7,989 nt of DNA from a virus. Taxonomy: Duplodnaviria > Heunggongvirae > Uroviricota > Caudoviricetes. Positions 1 through 7,541 of this stretch are shown here, piece after piece. The notes under the pieces are model-generated. The model saw nothing but the letters and a program-made list of their open reading frames with translations. It searched no databases and had not been told where the DNA came from. A program made the translations under genes and the position numbers. The DNA is taken from the IMG/VR virus record IMGVR_UViG_3300029878_000067, one strand, 5' to 3'. The stretch's first letter is position 1; each line of letters opens with the position of its first letter.

Positions 1-2234
<2,234 letters not shown>

Positions 2235-2291
2235 TCATGCTCCATAAACGACAAAACCGCCCGCAGGCGGTTTCACATAAAACGTTTTTCA

Positions 2292-2471
2292 TCAACGACC
2301 AATCACCACAACCTGACCACCGTCCCCCTCGTCTGCCGTGCTGATCTCCTGAGAAGCCACCCGCGACCCCACGCGCATTTCACCGTACAGAACAGGCAGA
2401 ACATTGCCCTGGGCAACCATGTTATCCAGTGAGGAGAAATAGGTGTTCTGCTTACGCAGCTCTGCTGTCAC
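2292..2471 (-). pseudogene. I: Remnant: first ~6 codons of head protease/scaffold gene C (GTG start at 2471..2469) fused in frame to the C-terminal ~53 codons of tail assembly protein I
   Basis: Seen in sequence: minus-strand reading from GTG gives V/M-TAELR then KQNTYFSSLDNMVAQGNVLPVLYGEMRVGSRVASQEISTADEGDGGQVVVIGR and a stop. Established knowledge: TAELR is the start of lambda gpC and the remainder is the gpI C-terminus. Junction at about 2452 with AA microhomology. The 104-aa ORF in the track (2292..2606) reads out of frame through B sequence for its N-terminal half. Confidence 0.75.
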
Positions 2472-2751
2472 TCTTCTCCTCCTCTGTTGATTGTCGCAGT
2501 CCGGATTCAAATGCCGCAGCCGCCCAGGCGGGCGGTTTAAGACCGGCTGCACGGCGCTCCATCGTTTCACGGACCTGCTGGGCAAAAATTTCCTGATAGT
2601 CGTCACCGCGTTTCGCGCACTCTTTCTCGTAGGTGCTCAGTCCGGCTTCTATCAGCATCACCGCTTCCTGAACTTCTTTCAGACCATCGATGGCCATACG
2701 ACCGGAGCCTATCCAGTCGCAGTTCCCCCAGGCACTGCGGGCTTCCTGAAA
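2452..2751 (-). pseudogene. B: Portal protein B remnant, C-terminal ~99 codons only
   Basis: Seen in sequence: minus-strand frame gives FQEARSAWGNCDWIGSGRMAIDGLKEVQEAVMLIEAGLSTYEKECAKRGDDYQEIFAQQVRETMERRAAGLKPPAWAAAAFESGLRQSTEEEKSDSRAA then TAA at 2454..2452. Established knowledge: matches the remembered C-terminus of lambda gpB. No upstream portal sequence is present; the fragment abuts terminase A sequence out of frame at about 2751. Confidence 0.8.
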
Positions 2752-3533
2752 ACCCCGTTTTTGTTTCGCTTACGTGGCATGCTGGCCACCGGCTTTCCGT
2801 AGACGGATGCCCCTTTAATGGGGATCACCCGGAACAGCCCATGTTTTTTCGAGCGTTCATACACAATGGTCGGGTCAATCCCGCCAGTATCCCAGCAGAT
2901 ACGGGATACCGACATCTCTGCACCATTCCGGCGGGTATAGGTTTTATTGATGGCCTCATCCACACGCAGCAGCGTCTGTTCATCGTCGTGGCGGCCCATA
3001 ATAATCTGCCGGTCAATCAGCCAGCTTTCCTCACCCGGCCCCCATCCCCATACGCGCATTTCGTAGCGATCCAGCTGGGAGTCGATACCGGCGGTCAGGT
3101 AAGCCACACGGTCAGGAACGGACGCTGAATAATGCTCTTTCCGCTCTGCCATCACTTCAGCATCCGGACGTTCGCCGATTTTCGCTTCCCACGTCTCACC
3201 GAGCGTGGTGTTCACGAAGGTTTTACGTTTTCCCGTAAGGGTGTTGCGCTGCTTATGCTCTATGAAGTAGGCATAAACACCCAGCAGCATTTTGGAATAA
3301 CCGACACGGGCANNNNNNNNNNNNNNNNNNNNNNNNNNNNNNNNNNNNNNNNNNNNNNNNNNNNNNNNNNNNNNNNNNNNNCAGCGCCCTTCCTGGTATG
3401 CGGATTCTTTCGGGAGATAGTAACTGGCATCCGCCCATTCAACGGCAGTCTGTGGCTCCGGCCTGAACAGGGCTCGCAGCCCGGCGCGTACATCACGCCG
3501 CAGAATATCAATCTGACTGTTCGATATATTCAC
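2709..3533 (-). pseudogene. A: Terminase large subunit A remnant: N-terminal ~99 codons joined to a C-terminal nuclease-domain segment, then fused out of frame to the B remnant; contains a 69-nt N-run
   Basis: Seen in sequence: translation [15 protein letters not shown]...ARVGYSKMLLGVYAYFIEHKQRNTL is followed directly by TGKRKTFVNTTLGETWEAKIGERPDAEVMAERKEHYSA...MPRKRNKNGV. Established knowledge: in lambda gpA these two blocks are separated by roughly 300 residues (ATPase-domain region), so there is an internal deletion at about 3236. After KNGV the frame runs into B-derived DNA and stops at 2709. The start overlaps Nu1 by 26 nt as in lambda. Confidence 0.85.
3313..3381. other. Run of 69 ambiguous bases (N): assembly gap or masked segment inside the terminase A remnant
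   Basis: Directly visible in the sequence; appears as X residues in three ORF-track translations. Confidence 0.97.
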
Positions 3534-4053
3534 TCAGCAACCCCGGTATCAGTTCATCCAGCGCGGCTGCTTTGTTCATGGCTTTGATGATATCCCGTTT
3601 CAGGAAATCAACATGTCGGTTTTCCAGTTCCGGAAAACGCCGCTGTACCGAGAGAGGGATCCCGTCAAGAATACTGGCAATTTCACCTGCGATCCGTGAC
3701 AGCACGAAAGTACAGAATGCGGTTTCCACCACCTCTGCGGAGTCTCTGGCATTCTTCAGCTCCTGTGCGTCGGCCTGCGCACGCGTAAGTCGATGGCGTT
3801 CGTACTCAATAGTCCCAGGCTGGAGATCTGCCTCACTGGCAGCCCTGTAATCCACAACCTCTTTACGGAGTTTTTCATTTTCGATATCAGCTTCCCTCTG
3901 CGCATACCACTGAATTGCCATGGCGGTATCAAATACAGATTCAACGCCCTTACCACCTCCGGAGACGCAAGGGAGTCCCTGAGACTGCCAGCGTTCAATC
4001 GTTCGCGGATCCACGTTGAAAATTTCGGCAAGTTTCTTTTTATTAACCTTCAT
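3508..4053 (-). CDS. Nu1: Terminase small subunit Nu1 (181 aa), apparently intact
   Basis: ORF-track protein [36 protein letters not shown]... The C-terminal ~100 residues ([60 protein letters not shown]...LSEYIEQS) match my recollection of lambda gpNu1 nearly exactly; the N-terminal DNA-binding region is similar but diverged. Lies cos-proximal with a 26-nt overlap onto the A start, as in lambda. Confidence 0.9.
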   Translation of the reverse strand: MKVNKKKLAEIFNVDPRTIERWQSQGLPCVSGGGKGVESVFDTAMAIQWYAQREADIENEKLRKEVVDYRAASEADLQPGTIEYERHRLTRAQADAQELKNARDSAEVVETAFCTFVLSRIAGEIASILDGIPLSVQRRFPELENRHVDFLKRDIIKAMNKAAALDELIPGLLSEYIEQSD

Positions 4054-4080
4054 GAAACAGTCTCACAATAAATACAGGGG

Positions 4081-4190
4081 CCGACATGAAAGTGCCCGAA
4101 AATGACTTTTTTAGGCGTTTTCATGTCGGACCTTTTACGGATTCGATATTAGAAAAAACAAATAGTTATGTTCGAGAAGTACCGACATGA
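4081..4190 (-). promoter_or_regulatory. cosB: three copies of a CCGACATGA-core repeat (4081..4089 direct, 4121..4129 inverted, 4182..4190 direct) with an AT-rich A-tract spacer (about 4141..4175) between the cosN-proximal pair; candidate Nu1 binding sites R3/R2/R1 with a bend/IHF-type site
   Basis: Seen in sequence: GCCGACATGAAAGTG, TTTTCATGTCGGACC (reverse complement TCCGACATGAAAA) and ACCGACATGATTTTC. Inference: the arrangement resembles the multi-R-site cosB architecture of lambdoid phages; site identity is not lambda-like, consistent with the diverged Nu1 N-terminus. Confidence 0.5.
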
Positions 4191-4229
4191 TTTTCCCCGG
4201 AAAATTTTCATAAATAGCGAAAACCCGCG

Positions 4230-4241
4230 AGGTCGCCGCCC
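4230..4241 (-). other. cosN: cosN 12-nt cohesive-end sequence (GGGCGGCGACCT on the minus strand)
   Basis: Exact 12-mer AGGTCGCCGCCC on the plus strand at 4230..4241, embedded in lambda-like flanks, about 177 bp from the Nu1 start codon (lambda spacing is about 179). Confidence 0.85.
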
Positions 4242-4464
4242 CGTAACCTGTCGGATCGCCGGAAAGGACCCGCCAACGACTTTCGCGTGCAGGCATTAAA
4301 AATTTTGCAGTTCCATGCCTAGTTGAAACCTCGATTTCTATAACATCCAATTTTGTAAATTTAGATATAGCTCAACTTTTCCCAATGTTTTCAAGTGTAT
4401 AAAAACAATTGGCGTTACGCCATAACACTATACTTAGGATAAGTAAAGATTTTAAGGAGTTTTA

Positions 4465-5532
4465 ATGAGTCAACATCAATATTACCCACAGCTGAAATGG
4501 AAGCCTGCTGAATATGAATCTCTGATGCTTTTAGATCAAACTACGCTCTCTGGTTTTACTCCGATCATTACCATTCCAGACATAGACTGGGATTATGAAA
4601 ACGAATGCTACAAGAAGAGTTTGAGTTCTTACTTATCTGACTTCGGTATTAACCTTGCGGCATCCTGGAAAGCCAATCGTCCTGTTTTGCTGGATGTTAA
4701 ATATTTAGATAAACATGGTTCGAGCCGCCATCATCCTCTAGATATGTGTATCCAAGATGCTAGAGTAAATGGTAAGGAAATTATCCCTGTTGTCTCTCCC
4801 GCATATTCAACAAACTATATACATGCTGTTCAACGCAACTTAATCAATGGGCTCGCTATATCTATCACCCCCCAGACATGGCACCAATTCACAAGTCTGG
4901 TTAACCACTTAAATATTCATCCTAGTTTAATTGATGTAATCATTGATTTTGGAGATATTCAAAACGCAACTGATAGTTTAAAACAACAAGCATTAAGCAT
5001 GGTCAACACATTATCAGGCCAAGCTCCGTGGAGAAACTTGATTTTATCTTCAACCGCATACCCTGCATCACAGGCAGGGATACCGCAACATCAAGTTCAT
5101 CATATTCCGCGCCATGAATACGATCTTTGGATGTATGTAGTACAGAATTTTAGCAATGGAAGAACGCCAAGTTTTAGTGATTATCCCACCGCTAGCTCTA
5201 CCATTACGAGCGTAGACCCACGCTTCATGTCTCAGTATGTCTCAGTGAGATATTCGAACGATACCTCATGGATCTTTGTAAAAGGTACCGCAGTTAAAGG
5301 AAATGGATGGGGCCAAACTAAAAACTTATGTACTACCCTTGTTAGTTCGCCAGAGTATCAAGTCTTTGGCTCCAAATTTAGTTGGGGGGATGATTACATT
5401 TACCAAAGATCATTAGGCGCTAACAAATCTGGCGGCTCTAAAGAATGGCGTAAAGTTGCACATACGCACCATATTACGTTAGTCGTGAGACAGCTTTATT
5501 GGTTGGCGCAGACTCAGCCTGCCAAGCCTTAA
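4465..5532 (+). CDS. Hypothetical protein, 355 aa, AT-rich cargo gene; function unknown
   Basis: Seen in sequence: long ORF with a perfect AAGGAG at 4454..4459, 5 nt before the ATG; GC content visibly lower than the flanking phage genes (by eye, not computed); AT-rich upstream region with -10-like hexamers (TATAAA 4398..4403, TATACT 4429..4434). Protein begins MSQHQYYPQLKWKPAEYESL; no nucleotide-binding or catalytic motif that I can assign with confidence. Confidence 0.72.
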   Translation: MSQHQYYPQLKWKPAEYESLMLLDQTTLSGFTPIITIPDIDWDYENECYKKSLSSYLSDFGINLAASWKANRPVLLDVKYLDKHGSSRHHPLDMCIQDARVNGKEIIPVVSPAYSTNYIHAVQRNLINGLAISITPQTWHQFTSLVNHLNIHPSLIDVIIDFGDIQNATDSLKQQALSMVNTLSGQAPWRNLILSSTAYPASQAGIPQHQVHHIPRHEYDLWMYVVQNFSNGRTPSFSDYPTASSTITSVDPRFMSQYVSVRYSNDTSWIFVKGTAVKGNGWGQTKNLCTTLVSSPEYQVFGSKFSWGDDYIYQRSLGANKSGGSKEWRKVAHTHHITLVVRQLYWLAQTQPAKP

Positions 5533-6094
5533 CTTTCCAGCCTACGCGTTTCTTTAAGGCTGTTCTGACTTCAAGCCTGAGATTCGCTATTGGAATATTT
5601 TCCGCAATAATATTCCATAACTCAAATCGGGGCTTGCTTTTGATTCCTTTGGAATAGCCCCATCGTTCAAGTACGTCGATACATTCATCTTTCCAAAGCA
5701 ATTGAGCGAGCATCAATGAGTTATGGTTTCGATTAAGCTTTTCTCCACGCATGTGCTTTATAAGAATGGCGCCTTTTGGCCCAACAGAAACCGTTTTAAC
5801 GCCCCACCAACCTGGGATTAACTTTAATGCTCCCTCAAGATGTTTCTCAGCTACGACAAGAGTAACCTTGTCCATTACAGAAGAATAATGCTTGATTTGA
5901 AGAGGCAAACGCTCCAAAGAGTCATATTCACTTTTGAGCTCGTACCCGTGTATAACACCATTTATTACAGCAATGTCTGCTCTACTGGCGCCAAGGGATA
6001 TGGAAAATTCATCGACCACAAGGCAGTCAGGATCTAAATGCGATTCTTTCAAAAGCTTATGATGCACCGCGAACCTAACATCTTGATCTTTCAT
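5474..6094 (-). CDS. Hypothetical protein, 206 aa, with a PD-(D/E)xK nuclease-like motif; AT-rich cargo gene
   Basis: Seen in sequence: ORF with AAGGAG (plus-strand CTCCTT at 6100..6105) 5 nt before the ATG. Protein contains LVVDEF ... SRADIAVING ... HGYELKSEYD, i.e. an acidic residue, then D, then E-x-K about 11 residues later, in an alternating strand/helix context. Inference: this is the signature of restriction-endonuclease-like folds. Convergent with, and overlapping by 59 nt, the 355-aa gene. Confidence 0.7.
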   Translation of the reverse strand: MKDQDVRFAVHHKLLKESHLDPDCLVVDEFSISLGASRADIAVINGVIHGYELKSEYDSLERLPLQIKHYSSVMDKVTLVVAEKHLEGALKLIPGWWGVKTVSVGPKGAILIKHMRGEKLNRNHNSLMLAQLLWKDECIDVLERWGYSKGIKSKPRFELWNIIAENIPIANLRLEVRTALKKRVGWKVKAWQAESAPTNKAVSRLT

Positions 6095-6122
6095 GACTTC
6101 TCCTTACTCCCTCCGTTACTGA

Positions 6123-6128
6123 ATTATA
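6123..6128 (-). promoter_or_regulatory. Candidate -10 hexamer (perfect TATAAT on the minus strand) about 30 nt upstream of the 206-aa gene start
   Basis: Plus-strand ATTATA at 6123..6128 is TATAAT on the minus strand; no good -35 match at 16..18 bp spacing; an adjacent tandem repeat occupies the -35 zone. Confidence 0.3.
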
Positions 6129-6132
6129 GCGC

Positions 6133-6151
6133 ACTGCATTTTACTGCATTT
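6133..6151. repeat. Tandem direct repeat ACTGCATTT x2 with 10-bp periodicity, immediately upstream of the candidate -10 of the 206-aa gene
   Basis: Plus strand reads CACTGCATTT TACTGCATTT at 6132..6151; one helical turn apart; located where a -35 element or activator/repressor site would sit. Confidence 0.5.
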
Positions 6152-6445
6152 GAGAGATTTGACCACTTCAATCACAAAATGCTTATCTGCAGCAACAAGA
6201 TTCATAGCCATACGACTATGGTGATTACCTTTTGTCTGGAAAACTGACCATTCCACGAAGATCAGATAGGTCTATAGAATCTTGGTTTGTCATAGCGTTC
6301 GCCTTACTTTGAGATGAACCTTTGCTGCATAGGAGATCAGCCCGTCAAGGCTCACCAGCACTAACTGACTACTCAAAGGCTCATTCCAAAGGGTTTGGTT
6401 CGACGTGGTTGAGTGCGCTGCGGTGCGCGGTGAAATACCTGTACA

Positions 6446-6473
6446 AAAATGCCCCGCATCTGCGAGGCATTTT
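6446..6473 (-). terminator. Terminator-like hairpin about 38 bp downstream of Rz, flanked by an A-run and a T-run (potentially bidirectional)
   Basis: Seen in sequence: AAAAATGCCCCGCATCTGCGAGGCATTTTCC. GCC/GGC and CGC/GCG pair around an ATCT loop with A-T extension; on the minus strand the stem is followed by TTTTTGTAC (5 U), on the plus strand by TTTTCC (4 U). No folding energy was computed. Confidence 0.42.
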
Positions 6474-6510
6474 CCTGAAAGTCACTTGTTAAATTTCAGT
6501 GAAATTAAAA

Positions 6511-6963
6511 TTATTTTAAGCACTGCGTCCTGATGTACTCCTGCAAGTAGTTAACCTGCGCGGTTATCTTGTCGATTCCACTTCGGAGACGGTAATAATT
6601 GAGTTCAGCATCTGCTGTAAGTCCTGGGCTTTCTCCATTGCCCATGCCGCTGGCTCCGGTCGTTGACTTTGCACAGGTGGCGGCGACTTGCAGGCGCTTA
6701 CGCCCAACAGAAACATCAGCACGTAGACTTTCGATAGTCGCGTTAGCATCAGCAAGCTCCTTTGTGTATCTTGCGTCGAGTTCTGCTACATCACGTTGAC
6801 GCTTCCGCATGTCAGCGATGATGTACGTGGCTTTATCGCGCTGTTCTTTATAGGTAATGGCATTATCACGGTAATGATTAACAGCCCATGACAGGCAGAC
6901 GATGATGCAGATAACCAGAGCATAAATAATCGCGGCGACTCTGCTCACTGATCTATCCCCCAA
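6511..6963 (-). CDS. Rz: Spanin inner-membrane subunit Rz (i-spanin), 150 aa
   Basis: Protein has an N-terminal TM segment [30 protein letters not shown] and a coiled-coil-like remainder; closely resembles remembered lambda Rz; sits immediately downstream of the endolysin with a 19-nt overlap. Confidence 0.85.
   Translation of the reverse strand: MGDRSVSRVAAIIYALVICIIVCLSWAVNHYRDNAITYKEQRDKATYIIADMRKRQRDVAELDARYTKELADANATIESLRADVSVGRKRLQVAATCAKSTTGASGMGNGESPGLTADAELNYYRLRSGIDKITAQVNYLQEYIRTQCLK
6564..6755 (-). CDS. Rz1: Spanin outer-membrane lipoprotein subunit Rz1 (o-spanin), embedded in the +1 frame of Rz
   Basis: ORF entirely inside Rz in another frame; signal-peptide-like N-terminus with lipobox-like VSAC followed by a proline-rich segment [16 protein letters not shown], the typical Rz1 architecture. 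The true start could be an internal Met. Confidence 0.72.
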   Translation of the reverse strand: MLMLTRLSKVYVLMFLLGVSACKSPPPVQSQRPEPAAWAMEKAQDLQQMLNSIITVSEVESTR

Positions 6964-7478
6964 CAGGCTAATGCGCTTTCCTGGTCACGACGAATAACCT
7001 GTCCATAGCAGTTATTTGAACGTATGCGGCAATCGCGCCCACCATCTTTTATCCACCAGCGAATCGCCTCGCATGCACCTTTACGATCACCGGCATTCAG
7101 CCGCTTATAAAACGTCGACGGGAAACACTTACCGGGGCCAATGTTATAGGGACAGAATGACGCTATACCCGCTTTTTGTGGTTCGGTCAGTGGTACTTTA
7201 ATATTGCGCTCCACCCATGCCAGCGCCTTATCACGCTCAATGGCGTTGACCTGGTCGCATTTTTCCTTCGACAGTTTCATACCGGGAAAAACGGGTTTTC
7301 CATCCACCATCGTGGCACCCCGACAGATGGTCCAGATGCCGGACCCATCGCGGTATGCCGTTGTGTGGTTACCTTCTTTTTCATCCAGAAACTGGTCGAG
7401 AATATCAGGCGCGGGCGCACCGACGGCAATCAGTGCCAGAACGGCAGCCGACAGGCCGTATCTGATTTTTGCGTTCAT
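6945..7478 (-). CDS. R: Endolysin R, T4-lysozyme-type (GH24) muramidase with N-terminal SAR (signal-anchor-release) domain, 177 aa
   Basis: Catalytic-triad spacing E-x8-D-x5-T in [23 protein letters not shown]; Gly/Ala-rich weakly hydrophobic N-terminus [16 protein letters not shown] typical of SAR endolysins; from memory, near-identical to E. coli cryptic-prophage lysozyme RrrQ and similar to phage 21 R. Confidence 0.9.
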   Translation of the reverse strand: MNAKIRYGLSAAVLALIAVGAPAPDILDQFLDEKEGNHTTAYRDGSGIWTICRGATMVDGKPVFPGMKLSKEKCDQVNAIERDKALAWVERNIKVPLTEPQKAGIASFCPYNIGPGKCFPSTFYKRLNAGDRKGACEAIRWWIKDGGRDCRIRSNNCYGQVIRRDQESALACWGIDQ

Positions 7479-7541
7479 GGATATTTATCAGGATTTATCG
7501 GTTTCTGCCCACGGACAGGTTTATCTGTTCCGGTCAGTGAC

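Larger units (their letters stand above)
4054..4275 (-). other. cos: cos region (cosB, cosN, cosQ-side flank) in lambda orientation relative to Nu1
   Basis: Seen in sequence: the minus strand of about 4200..4275 reads GGGTCCTTTCCGGCGATCCGACAGGTTACG GGGCGGCGACCT CGCGGGTTTTCGCTATTTATGAAAATTTTCCGG. Established knowledge: this matches the remembered lambda sequence across the cohesive-end junction. Sequence between cosN and Nu1 (cosB) and beyond about 4275 diverges from lambda. Confidence 0.85.

Noticed and set aside
2491-3850. ORFs 2491..2802 (+), 2825..3016 (-), 2841..3128 (+), 3132..3587 (+), 3253..3438 (-), 3260..3511 (-), 3572..3850 (+)
   Set aside because: Alternative-frame or antisense ORFs inside the A, B and Nu1 region; several read through the N-run as X; none gives a recognisable product, whereas the minus-strand frames match terminase and portal.
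3756-4071. ORFs 3756..4031 (-) and 3793..4071 (+) overlapping Nu1
   Set aside because: Out-of-frame or antisense to Nu1, whose own frame gives a clear small-terminase match.
4135-4350. 71-aa minus-strand ORF spanning cosN
   Set aside because: Runs straight across the cos site and cosB repeats, a region known to be non-coding in lambdoid phages; AT-rich junk translation.
4300-4464. Specific sigma70 promoter assignment for the 355-aa gene (TTGAAA 4323..4328, TATAAA 4398..4403, TATACT 4429..4434)
   Set aside because: Several -10-like hexamers are present but none has a -35 partner at 16..18 bp spacing. I report only that the region is AT-rich and promoter-like and do not call a specific promoter.
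5840-6247. Plus-strand ORFs 5840..6037 and 6038..6247
   Set aside because: The first is antisense within the 206-aa gene; the second covers that gene's promoter and leader region and has no RBS; both are AT-rich low-complexity translations.
6599-6799. 66-aa plus-strand ORF inside Rz
   Set aside because: Antisense to Rz and Rz1; Ser/Ala-rich shadow frame.
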